In this document: positions 29,703 through 40,185 of the stretch, piece by piece
Position numbering within the stretch: the stretch's first letter is position 1
Layout of the letters: each line of letters starts with the position of its first letter
NCBI GenBank assembly: GCA_963796275.1
Contig: CAWCKY010000006.1
Location: 1,248,001 to 1,312,000, forward strand
Origin: an uncultured Acidobacteriota bacterium
GTDB lineage: Bacteria; Acidobacteriota; Blastocatellia; RBC074
Direction: 5' to 3'
DNA: 64,000 bases
Program-made: the position numbers and the translations under genes
Notes under the pieces: model-generated
Told to the model about the DNA's origin: nothing
Database searches by the model: none
Seen by the model: the letters and a program-made list of their open reading frames with translations, nothing else

Positions 29703-30273
29703 TTACTCCTCTTCTGCGAAAGTAACTTTCTCAACATCCAGAAATTCAGCTCGACCGGAGTCGATCGCCCGAAGATCGTCACGGTGACTTTCAGCAGGCT
29801 CTTTTCGGGTATGACTTCTTCAACCTTGCCGGTGAAGCTGGTGAAAGGGCCTTGACTTGATGCGCACCGTCTCGCCCGCGTTCGAACGTAAATTTCGGCT
29901 TCGGTTTTTCAGCCGCGACGGTCACGTGATGTACGATCTGATCCACTTCCTCCGGAGTAAGCGGCGTCGGTTTTGCTGCTCCGCCCGACGAAACCCGTCA
30001 CTTTCGGAGTTGACTTGATCAAATGAAAGACGTTATCGGAGATTTCGCCATTCTCGTCGCATTCGATCTCGACCAGCACGTAGCCGGGATAGAACATTCG
30101 CGTACGATTCGATACGCTTGTTGCCACGCATCTCGACGACCGTTTCGGTAGGAACCAGAACCTCTGTGATCTCGTCTTCCATATCGATATCCCGGATGCG
30201 TGTGTTCAGGCTATCCCGCACCTTCCTCTCATGCCCTGAATATGTATGTAGTAATGAACCACTGCTTAGCCAT
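29703..30273 (-). CDS. nusG: Transcription termination/antitermination factor NusG (frameshifted in this assembly)
   Basis: [40 protein letters not shown] motif [25 protein letters not shown]. Confidence 0.93.
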
Positions 30274-30311
30274 GTCTTCTCGCAATATCATCTCGAATTA
30301 CAGCCGGCGTA

Positions 30312-30567
30312 CTAACCGAATATCTTCCTGGCCCCCCACTCTAAACCTTCGATCAGTAAACTGAAAAGTTTGATCCGCAAAGTAGAGATAGACTGCGAAG
30401 AAGAAGATAGCTACGATCACAATGATCGTCGTATTAACGACCTCATTGCGCACAGGCCACGAGACTCTTTTCATTTCCGCTTTGACATCGTGCCAAAACT
30501 GGCGAATGTTCGTCAGCCAATTGGGCGATTTGGGAGCCAATGCGTTGCTCATTTGCGCTTCTGCCAT
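30312..30567 (-). CDS. secE: Preprotein translocase subunit SecE (3' end frameshifted)
   Basis: EMKRVSWPVRNEVVNTTIIV motif; lies between tRNA-Trp and nusG. Confidence 0.9.
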
Positions 30568-30659
30568 CGATGCAGATCCTTCGCGCGGTGCTCGATGTTG
30601 CCATTTTCCTCACCTCAATCGCCGGACGTCCGACTGGTTTTCCTCATGCTTCAATTTTC

Positions 30660-30735
30660 TGGCAGGGGTACCAGGATTCGAACCCGGACTTTCGGTTTTG
30701 GAGACCGACGTGCTAACCGTTGACACTATACCCCT
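30660..30735 (-). tRNA. tRNA-Trp (CCA)
   Basis: Cloverleaf, anticodon loop ctccaaa, GGTTCGAATCC, encoded CCA end. Confidence 0.96.
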
Positions 30736-30750
30736 AGATCATTGCATACG

Positions 30751-30837
30751 ATTTGCCATTTCACAATTGTCATTGACTGCATACTTTAGGCGCGAATAAA
30801 TGACTAATCGTGCAATGACAATGTGCAATCGGCAAAT
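30751..30837. repeat. Heptamer inverted-repeat hairpin between rpmG and tRNA-Trp
   Basis: atttgccatttcacaattgtcattg ... caatgacaatgtgcaatcggcaaat. Confidence 0.7.
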
Positions 30838-30839
30838 GC

Positions 30840-30991
30840 TTACTTCGTTTCTTTATGATCAGTGTGCTTGCGGCAACGGCGACAGAACTTGCTGAACTCA
30901 AGCCGATCAGGCGTGGTCTTCTTATTCTTGTCGTTACGTAGTTGCGGCTCTTGCAATCGCTACACTGAAGAACAATATTATCGCGTGGCAT
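30840..30991 (-). CDS. rpmG: 50S ribosomal protein L33, zinc-binding type (1-nt indel)
   Basis: [21 protein letters not shown] / [28 protein letters not shown]; 152 nt rather than 153. Confidence 0.93.
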
Positions 30992-30997
30992 AATCTT

Positions 30998-31068
30998 ATT
31001 TCCGATTTCCGATTGCCATTTCCATTGTTCTGCCGATGCTTTCAATCGGCAATCGGCAAACTGAAAAT
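30998..31068. repeat. Heptamer inverted-repeat hairpin (ATTGCCG/ATTTCCG type) filling the tuf-rpmG spacer
   Basis: atttccgatttccgattgccatttccattg ... caatcggcaatcggcaaactgaaaat. Confidence 0.82.
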
Positions 31069-31077
31069 CTCAATCCT

Positions 31078-32270
<1,193 letters not shown>

Positions 32271-32331
32271 TCTTAATTGGCCTCTTCTAATAAGGATCGT
32301 AACTATCTGAATACCTGCTAACTGACAATAC

Positions 32332-32406
32332 TGGAGCCCGCGATGAGATTTGAACTCATGACCTCCTCCTTACCAAGGAGGCGCTCTACCCCTGAGCTAC
32401 GCGGGC
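32332..32406 (-). tRNA. tRNA-Thr (GGT)
   Basis: Cloverleaf, anticodon loop cttggtaa, CCA end. Confidence 0.96.
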
Positions 32407-32460
32407 CGTAGCGAAGCTGACGGCTCAATCTCAAGCGCAAACTCATTTGCCTACTAAATC

Positions 32461-32536
32461 TGGAGCGGGCGACGAGATTCGAACTCGCGACCCTCAGCTT
32501 GGAAGGCTGATGCTCTACCAACTGAGCTACACCCGC
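32461..32536 (-). tRNA. tRNA-Gly (TCC)
   Basis: Cloverleaf, anticodon loop cttccaa, CCA end. Confidence 0.96.
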
Positions 32537-32544
32537 CCATTCAA

Positions 32545-32625
32545 ATTGCGGATTGCGAATTGCGGATTGATGAAATTCGCTGCATCCGCTATCAAATCCG
32601 CAATCCGCATTCCGAAATCCGCAAT
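32545..32625. repeat. Heptamer inverted-repeat hairpin (ATTGCGG type) in the tRNA-Tyr/tRNA-Gly spacer
   Basis: attgcggattgcgaattgcggattga ... aatccgcaatccgcattccgaaatccgcaat. Confidence 0.88.
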
Positions 32626-32630
32626 CCACC

Positions 32631-32718
32631 TGGTGCAGGGGGTAGGATTCGAACCTACGTAAGGCGTTAGCCTGCCGGGTTTACAGCCCGGTGCCATTAA
32701 CCACTCGACCACCCCTGC
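32631..32718 (-). tRNA. tRNA-Tyr (GTA)
   Basis: Long variable arm, anticodon loop ctgtaaa, CCA end. Confidence 0.95.
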
Positions 32719-32738
32719 ATATCCTGTCAAGTGCTTAG

Positions 32739-32814
32739 TGGAGCCGGCGAAGGGACTTGAACCCCCGACCCTCTGATTACAAATCAGATGCTCTACCAAC
32801 TGAGCTACGCCGGC
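32739..32814 (-). tRNA. tRNA-Thr (TGT)
   Basis: Cloverleaf, anticodon loop tttgtaa; completes the canonical Thr-Tyr-Gly-Thr-tuf cluster. Confidence 0.96.
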
Positions 32815-32857
32815 ATAGTCAATTTGGGCTTAAATGACCAACGCCGTCAAAACTTGC

Positions 32858-32886
32858 ATACTACATAGAGGTTCCAATGTTTGCAA
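32858..32886 (-). promoter_or_regulatory. Sigma70 promoter of the tRNA-tuf operon
   Basis: Minus strand TTGCAA-17 nt-TAGTAT, about 45 nt upstream of tRNA-Thr. Confidence 0.6.
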
Positions 32887-33074
32887 GTCTAAAACCGCAT
32901 TTAGTAATCATAAAATGCGTTTGCTGGTATGAAAGTTGTACGCTCGTCTCAACCGACATGGCGGGGCCGAAAAATCCCAACATTATCTCGCCGATACATT
33001 TTTCCGATCGCGTCACGTATGCATGCCGGATTCCATCTATAACAGGTGAATTTGAGGCGCCGTATAGAATGCGT

Positions 33075-33156
33075 CCGGTAGGATTGGTTAAGATGCGTAG
33101 GGACGGAAGGCAAACCGAAAGAACCCATCCATCCCTACGGCTTCACCAACCAACGG
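33075..33156. repeat. GTAG-type REP-like hairpin
   Basis: ccggtaggattggttaagatgcgtagggacgga ... tccatccctacggcttcaccaaccaacgg. Confidence 0.55.
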
Positions 33157-33480
33157 AAAGGCAAAAGCGTCGGCGGATGCAGCCGGATTATGCTTCTTAT
33201 TGCTTTCATCATCAAGCCATTTTGACTCTGCCATCCTCTCGAAACAATCGTATCAGAAAATATAAACGTCAAATGTTCGGGCGACGATAAGAATCTGCCG
33301 CTTTTATCTTTTTTGCCTTTTGGAGCCCTCATCGCATATCGAGATAACCTGACCGGGAAAAATTCTCATGCGAGTTCGGATTTTTTTGCAGATACATTTT
33401 CCTGATGATGTCACATATAAACGAATAACTTTAGCAGAAACCCTCAGCAACGAGTCACTAGTAAGAGTACTGGACAAAGA

Positions 33481-33527
33481 CAAACGAGAAGGCAGGTTGG
33501 ATCTAATCCAGCCTGCCTTCTTGTTTG
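33481..33527. terminator. Long stem-loop downstream of nrdR
   Basis: caaacgagaaggcaggttggat-cta-atccagcctgccttcttgtttg. Confidence 0.7.
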
Positions 33528-33539
33528 GTCAAGCCCCCT

Positions 33540-33998
33540 TTACTTCCGCGAACGGATTAGACCTTTCAGTTCGTCCATAAATTCCGAGACGTCTTGAAAT
33601 TCCAGATAGACAGAAGCGAAGCGGACATAGGCGACCTTATCGAGCTCTTTCAATCGCCGCATGATTATCTCACCGATCTTCGATGTCGGGCGTTCGCGTT
33701 CGGGCGACGTCTGCACGTAGGATTCGACTGCATTGACGATTGCTTCCAGTTTGGCGGTAGAAACCGGGCGTTTTTCACATGCTCGTAGGAGCCCGGCCAT
33801 GACCTTGTCGCGGTTGAAAGGTTCTCGTCTTCCGTCCTTTTTTACGATCATATAAGGGATATCGTCGATCCTTTCATAACTGGTAAATCGCCGTTCGCAC
33901 TTCAGACACTCGCGGCGCCGCCGAATTGAATCGCCTTCGCGTGATTCGCGTGAATCCACCACTTTATCTTCCATATGGCCACAGAAAGGGCATTTCAT
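33540..33998 (-). CDS. nrdR: Transcriptional repressor NrdR
   Basis: [33 protein letters not shown]-cone, [12 protein letters not shown]. Confidence 0.98.
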   Translation of the reverse strand: MKCPFCGHMEDKVVDSRESREGDSIRRRRECLKCERRFTSYERIDDIPYMIVKKDGRREPFNRDKVMAGLLRACEKRPVSTAKLEAIVNAVESYVQTSPERERPTSKIGEIIMRRLKELDKVAYVRFASVYLEFQDVSEFMDELKGLIRSRK

Positions 33999-34019
33999 CG
34001 GATATGTCCTCCAAAAAAC

Positions 34020-35066
34020 TCAAGAGACCGGCTTTTTCATATTAACTGCCTCACCCTCACTGGCTATCATTTCGCGCACCTGTTCGAGGCTGATATCGGC
34101 TCGGGCCAGATAATAGAGCGCCAATATGAATGGTGGGCCGAATGCTATGAGGTGATAGACGATGGCGATGCTTGCGGCGAGGTTGGGTTCGAGCCCTAAA
34201 AACTCGAAGGCTTTTGCCGCCGCCGCGTGAAAAGCTCCCGCGGATCCGCCCGGCGTGGGCACCAGTGAACCGATGAGGCCGAAACCCAGGGTAAAGATGA
34301 TCTGGCCCGGCGAGAAATTTATTCCGAACGCGTAAAGAGTCAGCCAGGTAGCCGCTGAGACCAGGGACCAGACGCACGCCGTGTAAAAAATCGTAACTGC
34401 CAGCTTGCGCAGGTTAAGCAGTACCGAAAGGCCATCGGCCAGGTGGGAGACGAAGTTCAGGAGCGGTTGTGTGAGTTTTTGGGATCGACGACCTGTTACT
34501 CGCCTCAGCCACTCGATGATCAACTCCGCTTTTAAACGCAACAACACCAGAATCGCTAAGCCCGACAAAAGGATAGCTGTGAGAACCAGCCCAACTGTGC
34601 GGGTCCCGCCGATGCCCGCCCAACTCGCGGCTCGCTCGGCGGGCAGGCGGAAGAAGAGCAGATTTACCGAGAAAAGCAGGCCGATGGTGGCGCTGTCGTA
34701 GATTCTTTCGACCAGAATCGTCGCGATGGTCGCGCTCGGCCGCAACCTCTCTCGCAGGCTGAGAAATGTCGGTCTGATGATCTCCGATCCGGCCCGCCCG
34801 ATGACGAATAGCCCGCCGAAACCAATGACGGTCGCTGCAAATAAATTTCGGAGACCGACCGGCTTAATAGGCGCGAGGAATGCCTGCCAGCGCAGGCTTC
34901 TGGCTACCATTGTGATATTGATCAAGATTGCGGCCAGAACCAGTGGCCAGATTTTTGCGCTCAGTAAATATATCTTTACGCTATTCCAGTCCAGGCGACT
35001 GACGAACCAGTAGGCTAATCCCAGACCTAATCCCAGGATTATGATCGATTTGAATTTCTTGGTCAT
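34020..35066 (-). CDS. Lysylphosphatidylglycerol synthase TM / flippase-like (UPF0104) membrane protein
   Basis: RSLRW, GRAGSEIIR, TILVERIYD, VPTPGGSAGAFH; multiple TM helices. Confidence 0.82.
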   Translation of the reverse strand: MTKKFKSIIILGLGLGLAYWFVSRLDWNSVKIYLLSAKIWPLVLAAILINITMVARSLRWQAFLAPIKPVGLRNLFAATVIGFGGLFVIGRAGSEIIRPTFLSLRERLRPSATIATILVERIYDSATIGLLFSVNLLFFRLPAERAASWAGIGGTRTVGLVLTAILLSGLAILVLLRLKAELIIEWLRRVTGRRSQKLTQPLLNFVSHLADGLSVLLNLRKLAVTIFYTACVWSLVSAATWLTLYAFGINFSPGQIIFTLGFGLIGSLVPTPGGSAGAFHAAAAKAFEFLGLEPNLAASIAIVYHLIAFGPPFILALYYLARADISLEQVREMIASEGEAVNMKKPVS

Positions 35067-35125
35067 TGCTTGGCGTCATATATCGCTGCATTTAAATAAA
35101 AGTTGGGTATAAATAAAGTTCACCA

Positions 35126-35189
35126 CCACAAGATATGGTAGTGAAACGCCAAGCTACAACAAATATTGCTGTGACGCAAGATATGAATT
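35126..35189. promoter_or_regulatory. Tandem NrdR boxes upstream of the flippase-nrdR unit
   Basis: ccaCaAgATaTgGtag (35126), acaacAaATaTtGctg (35156) and acgCaAgATaTgaatt (35174), compared with the NrdR consensus acaCwAtATaTwGtgt. Confidence 0.7.
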
Positions 35190-35427
35190 TAAAGTGTCTA
35201 AATAACGGGGAAACGGCTGATTTCGGAAGTGCATTTATACGGTTATTTGGCAGCACGCCCAACAAACGGCCGCCACGGTGCTGGAAATCTCTCCCCCAGA
35301 TTTTTTGATATCACGGCTGATTTAAGCGTCACCACGCAACCCGGCGGTACATTCAGTGCGAGACGACTATAAAATCATGATCGCCCCGGATCAACGCCTC
35401 TGATCTAGCTCTGGATATATCAGCTTC

Positions 35428-36537
35428 TCAGCCGAAAATATCTTTGACTTTATTCCCGAATCGCCGAGCAGCGCCTTCTTGTTGTTCTTCTTCAATATCA
35501 GCGAACTGCTCCAGCAGGCGTTTCTGTTCTCGCGTCAATTTTGTTGGTGTGACGATGGTGGTCACGACGAAGAGATCGCCCCGCCCCTGCCCTTGAAGCG
35601 ATACGATACCTTTCCCTTTAATTCTGAAGATCGATCCTGTCTGTGTGCTCTCTGGAATCGTGAGCATCTCCTCTCCATCGAGAGTCGGGACCTTGATCTC
35701 CGCGCCGAGCGCGGCTTGCGGGAAAGTGACCAGTACATTTACATAGAGATTATTACCCTGGCGTTCAAATACCTCGTGCTCTTTTACGTGGATAACGACG
35801 TAGAGGTCGCCCTTACCGCCACCGCTCATGCCAGCCTCGCCCTCTCCGGCAAGCTTCAAACGAGCGCCGGTATCGACACCGGCGGGGATTTTGATCTCGA
35901 TCTGGTTGGTTTTTTCAACCCGGCCCTGTCCGCCGCAGGATTTGCAATAACTCGTGATCATCCGGCCCGTGCCACGGCATTGATGACAGGTGCGGCTGAC
36001 TGAGAAGAATCCCTGCTGAAACCTGACCTGTCCGGCTCCTCCGCATGTGTTACAGACTATCGGTGTTGTCCCGGGAGCTGCGCCTGAGCCTTTGCACGTT
36101 TCACAGGGCTCGAGACGCGGTATATTGATATTCGTTTTGTATCCGGAAGCCGCTTGCTCGAGCGTAATCTCGAGATCGTAGCGTAAGTCTGCGCCGCGCT
36201 GCGAACCGCCGCGGCGCGCGCCTCGCCCACCTCCGAAAAAGTCGCCGAAGAGATCGCCGAGGATATCTTCAAAGCCGCCGAAATCAGACGCACCCCACGC
36301 TCCTCCCGAAGAACCGACCCCGGCATGCCCGTAACGGTCATAACGCGCCCGGTTATCAGAGTTTGACAATACGCCGTATGCTTCATTGATCTCTTTGAAT
36401 TTCTCTTCCGATTCGTGATCCCCCGGATTTCGGTCCGGATGGAATTGCAACGCCAATTTACGGTATGCGCTCTTCAATTCCTGCTCAGTAGCAGTTCGCT
36501 GAACGCCAAGAACCTCGTAATAGTCACGTTTGCTCAA
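35428..36537 (-). CDS. dnaJ: Chaperone DnaJ
   Basis: J domain with HPD, G/F region, four CxxCxGxG repeats; TTG start. Confidence 0.98.
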   Translation of the reverse strand: MSKRDYYEVLGVQRTATEQELKSAYRKLALQFHPDRNPGDHESEEKFKEINEAYGVLSNSDNRARYDRYGHAGVGSSGGAWGASDFGGFEDILGDLFGDFFGGGRGARRGGSQRGADLRYDLEITLEQAASGYKTNINIPRLEPCETCKGSGAAPGTTPIVCNTCGGAGQVRFQQGFFSVSRTCHQCRGTGRMITSYCKSCGGQGRVEKTNQIEIKIPAGVDTGARLKLAGEGEAGMSGGGKGDLYVVIHVKEHEVFERQGNNLYVNVLVTFPQAALGAEIKVPTLDGEEMLTIPESTQTGSIFRIKGKGIVSLQGQGRGDLFVVTTIVTPTKLTREQKRLLEQFADIEEEQQEGAARRFGNKVKDIFG

Positions 36538-36619
36538 CGCTTATCTATGCCTCGCTTCCTGATATCGAATTAAAGTCGTGTCGAATTACATAGAGGCGGT
36601 ACAAAAATTTGGACCGAGA

Positions 36620-36716
36620 GACACAGAGCAGTACAGGGAGCGAGCTATCTGAGCTTTTATATAACGATCGGTTTCCAATACTCAGCTCGCTTACGTTCCC
36701 CGTACTGCTCTGTGTC
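36620..36716. repeat. REP-like hairpin between hrcA and dnaJ
   Basis: gacacagagcagtacagggagcgagct ... agctcgcttacgttccccgtactgctctgtgtc. Confidence 0.65.
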
Positions 36717-36778
36717 TGATGTGGCTTACCTTGCCTTTACTCGATCTGCCTGATGTTCCCGCGGCTTATCTTGCAATC

Positions 36779-37861
36779 TCACCCGGCCGCTCCGGCCGGC
36801 GCGTCCGCCAGCGCCTTCTCTAGCAGGCGCGCCATATAATTGACAACGCCAATCGTGCGACCATACTCCATCCTGACCGGGCCGACGATGCCGAGGTTTC
36901 CGATGACCCGATCACCACAACTGTAATAAGAGGTTATCACCGCACAGCCATGCAGGCTGGGCAGGCTGTTTTCCGCGCCGATTCGGATGGTCACCGTGTG
37001 AAGGGTTTCCGGGTTCACACACTCGTTGAGTATTTTGATGAGCCGGCCCTTCTCCTCGAAGATATGCAGGAGTTCACGCATTCGCTCGGTATCGGCGAAA
37101 TCCGTTTTGGTAACTATATTCGACGCGCCTTCGACGAAGACATCAGGATCGGTTTGATCGGTGTCGCTCAGCCCACGGTCGCAAAGCATCGCCGCATTCT
37201 GAAGCAGGCGATTATAAAGCGATTTTTCCTCCGAGAGCCGTTTGAGCAGCTCCCCGCGTATCTCCAAAAGGCTCAAGCCGCTGAAGTTCGCATTGACATA
37301 ATTTGCCGTACTATTCAGATCATCCTGCGTCATATCTTCGTCGATCCTCACCAATCGGTCCTGCACGATTCCACTGCGCGAAACAGTGATCACCAGAATG
37401 CGCCCGTCGCTGAGCCGCACAAAATCGATATGCTTGATGATGTCGTACGCGATGTTGGGTGAGATGACGATGCCGACGCTTTCCGAGAAGCGGGAGAGCA
37501 GGTGAGATGCCCGTGACATCAGCTGATCGGTGCTCGGCCATTGCGCCCCGAACATCCCGAATTGTATGAAATATTCGTCCGACTCGGAGAGACCGGGTTG
37601 TCCCAGGATATGGTCGACATAGAAACGGTATCCCTTGTCACTGGGGACGCGACCGGCAGAAGTATAGGGTTGTTCGAGATAGCCCGCATCTTCCAGATCC
37701 GCGAAGATGTTGCGAACGGTGGCTGCCGAGAGACCCTCGCTTGTGTGCTTGGAGATCGCGCGAGATCCGACCGGCTCGCCGGTGGCGATGTGCGTCTTTA
37801 TCAGCAGCGACAGCATCTCTTGGCTGCGCTCATCCAGTATCTCCGTGCTCCTCTTGATCAT
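36779..37861 (-). CDS. hrcA: Heat-inducible transcription repressor HrcA
   Basis: TGEPVGSR, LSAATVRN, LEQPYTSAGRVPSDKGYRFYVD, IRIGAEN, GIVGPVRMEY. Confidence 0.96.
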   Translation of the reverse strand: MIKRSTEILDERSQEMLSLLIKTHIATGEPVGSRAISKHTSEGLSAATVRNIFADLEDAGYLEQPYTSAGRVPSDKGYRFYVDHILGQPGLSESDEYFIQFGMFGAQWPSTDQLMSRASHLLSRFSESVGIVISPNIAYDIIKHIDFVRLSDGRILVITVSRSGIVQDRLVRIDEDMTQDDLNSTANYVNANFSGLSLLEIRGELLKRLSEEKSLYNRLLQNAAMLCDRGLSDTDQTDPDVFVEGASNIVTKTDFADTERMRELLHIFEEKGRLIKILNECVNPETLHTVTIRIGAENSLPSLHGCAVITSYYSCGDRVIGNLGIVGPVRMEYGRTIGVVNYMARLLEKALADAPAGAAG

Positions 37862-38013
37862 CCTTAAAATCGAATAAATCGAAATCGGTCTGGAGGCGAA
37901 CCTTACGATCCGCACTAGAGTAAGGTGGACGGCCTAATCTAACCTGAACTTCAATAACGAAATTACCAAAGAGATAGAAAGAGTGTCAAGCCAGCTGATC
38001 TCCGAGGCAGCTT

Positions 38014-38376
38014 TCATGCGACCTTCTCGAGAATCGAGGCGATGTCACGATCAAAAGCAGAACGCGCGAGCACGCGATCGCACCCCGCTTCCCGAGCCTG
38101 TTCCTGAATTCCCGTGTTGACGTGGGAGACGAAACCGAGAGTTGGAATCGATCTCATTTCTTCATCGCCCTTCAATCCTTTGATTAAATCCAGCGGTGAA
38201 CATTTGGCTTCATCCAGATCGATAATTATTAATAATGGATGATCATTTCGAGCAAGCTCCAATGCCTTATCGGCTCTCTTGACATAAACAGCCTTTAAAC
38301 CCGATTTTGCCGCAGCCTGATTTATCTTGGCCGCAAAAAAGAGATTGTCCAGAAGCACCAATATCATAAATTTCAC
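38014..38376 (-). CDS. Single-domain response-regulator receiver (atypical)
   Basis: LLDNLFF, PLLIIIDL, IPTLGFVSHV, AREAGCDRVLARS; the conserved K-P is replaced by R-S. Confidence 0.8.
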   Translation of the reverse strand: MKFMILVLLDNLFFAAKINQAAAKSGLKAVYVKRADKALELARNDHPLLIIIDLDEAKCSPLDLIKGLKGDEEMRSIPTLGFVSHVNTGIQEQAREAGCDRVLARSAFDRDIASILEKVA

Positions 38377-38689
38377 CTTTGAGATTTTTCAGGGAACGCG
38401 CGTCCGGCGGCGCGATTCGTCAACCGAAAGACATTCAGATGACATTCTCCGAAAACCCGGAATCCCGACGCGCGCCCTCCTCTTCTAAACACTGCTGGGC
38501 GGCGCCCGCGCTCCCAATCTTGCAAGGGCAAAGAGATTGTACTAATATTCTCAATCTTGATACAAGATCGTTAAGAAACACACCAATTCGATCGATAGGC
38601 TCGAGCTTCGCTGATCCAACCGCTGAGATCGAAAGCCAGGCGGGAGCGAAATGTCAATCGAATGTTAAAGTTAGGATAAGGAGACGTGG

Positions 38690-39064
38690 ATGAGTGAGTA
38701 TCTGCCAATCCTCTTGATGTTCATCTTTATCACGGGGTTCGCGGTGACCAACATCATACTTGCCTACATTATCGGCAAGCATAAGAACACGCGCGCCAAG
38801 CTGATGCCCTACGAGTGCGGGATGGATCCGGTTGGTTCGACGCGCCAGCGTTTTTCGGTCAAGTTCTATCTGGTTGCGATGCTCTTTATACTCTTCGATA
38901 TCGAAGCTATCTTCCTCGTTCCGTGGGCCGTGGTCTTCCGGGAAATGATTAACAAAATTTCCCGTCCATTCGTCTTTTTTGAAATGATGATCTTTATTGC
39001 GGTGCTTCTGGTAGGTTACATCTACGTCTGGAAGAAAGGAATATTCGAGTGGAGCCGAAATTAG
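38690..39064 (+). CDS. nuoA: NADH-quinone oxidoreductase subunit A
   Basis: PYECG, KFYLVAMLFILFDIE, WKKG..EW. Confidence 0.96.
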   Translation: MSEYLPILLMFIFITGFAVTNIILAYIIGKHKNTRAKLMPYECGMDPVGSTRQRFSVKFYLVAMLFILFDIEAIFLVPWAVVFREMINKISRPFVFFEMMIFIAVLLVGYIYVWKKGIFEWSRN

Positions 39065-39150
39065 TTTTCAGTATTTAGTTTTCAGTTTTCAGCCGTATGG
39101 GCTTGATAAAACTGAAAACTAAATACTGAAAACTAAAAACTGAAAACTGA
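39061..39150. repeat. Heptamer inverted-repeat hairpin (GTTTTCA type) filling the nuoA-nuoB spacer
   Basis: 29-bp perfect arms 39061-39089 / 39108-39136 plus two extra heptamers ending 1 nt before the nuoB ATG. Confidence 0.92.
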
Positions 39151-39151
39151 T

Positions 39152-39649
39152 ATGGGTATTGAGACTAAAATTGGTGAAATACTGCCGGACATTCTAACGA
39201 CGCGGCTGGATTCCCTGGTCAATTGGGCCAGGAAATCATCGATCTGGCCCGCGACATTCGGTCTGGCCTGCTGTGCCATCGAGATGATGGCGATGACCGA
39301 TCCTCGGCACGATGTGGCTCGCTTTGGGGCGGAGGTCTTTCGCGCCAGCCCGCGCCAGGCTGATGTGATGATCGTCGCCGGCCGCGTATCGATCAAGATG
39401 GCGCCCGTCTTGCGCCGCATTTATGACCAGATGCCGGAACCGAAATGGGTGATCTCGATGGGGGTATGCGCATCGGCCGGCGGCGTGTTCAACAATTACG
39501 CCATCGTCCAGGGTGTAGACAAAGTCGTGCCTGTCGATGTCTTCGTGCCCGGCTGTCCGCCGCGTCCGGAAGGGCTGATCTGGGCGATCATGAAGCTCCA
39601 GGAGAAAATTGAACGCGAAAAGGTCTTCACGGTAGAGAAAGTCGCATGA
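39152..39649 (+). CDS. nuoB: NADH-quinone oxidoreductase subunit B
   Basis: [25 protein letters not shown]. Confidence 0.97.
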   Translation: MGIETKIGEILPDILTTRLDSLVNWARKSSIWPATFGLACCAIEMMAMTDPRHDVARFGAEVFRASPRQADVMIVAGRVSIKMAPVLRRIYDQMPEPKWVISMGVCASAGGVFNNYAIVQGVDKVVPVDVFVPGCPPRPEGLIWAIMKLQEKIEREKVFTVEKVA

Positions 39650-39684
39650 ACAATTCCAATGAAAGATCTTGACCTTTGAATTCA

Positions 39685-40185
39685 ATGCCGGAAACTATAG
39701 AAAAGACGCAAGGCGTCAAATCGATTCCTCGCTACACAGATGTCTCTTTAATCCGCCGTCAATTTGCCGAAAACATTCAAGAGATCATCGAAGCCGCCGG
39801 TGAGATCACGGTCGTCGCCAGACGCGAAGGCCTGGTTGAACTGATGACCTTTCTCCGCGATGAACCCACGCTGCGCTTCAACTACCTGAGCGACATCGGC
39901 GGTCTGGATCTGGGCGAGTTCGCAGCGCCGCGGTTCGCCGTCGCCTATCAGCTCTATTCGCTGGAGTACAACCATCGCCTGCGCATCAAGGTCTTCCTTG
40001 ATGAAGACGATGCGCGCTTGCCGACGATGTGGGGCGTGTGGAAGGCATCGAACTGGCTGGAGCGCGAGATATACGACATGTTCGGCGTGACATTCGATGG
40101 CCATCCCGATCTGCGTCGCATCCTGATGCCGGCCGATTATGAAGGCCACCCGTTACGCAAGGACTTTCCGATCAAGGGATATTAA
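39685..40185 (+). CDS. nuoC: NADH-quinone oxidoreductase subunit C
   Basis: NWLEREIYDMFG, GHPDLRRILM, GHPLRKDFP. Confidence 0.96.
   Translation: MPETIEKTQGVKSIPRYTDVSLIRRQFAENIQEIIEAAGEITVVARREGLVELMTFLRDEPTLRFNYLSDIGGLDLGEFAAPRFAVAYQLYSLEYNHRLRIKVFLDEDDARLPTMWGVWKASNWLEREIYDMFGVTFDGHPDLRRILMPADYEGHPLRKDFPIKGY

Noticed and set aside
33100-33170. c-di-GMP-I riboswitch (ggcaaaccgaaag)
   Set aside because: Lacks the GGACGCAAAGC junction and P3; the segment is the loop of a REP-like hairpin with no suitable downstream gene.
32877-33580. Several short ORFs upstream of the tRNA operon
   Set aside because: No recognisable motifs or RBS; they overlap promoter, REP and terminator structures.
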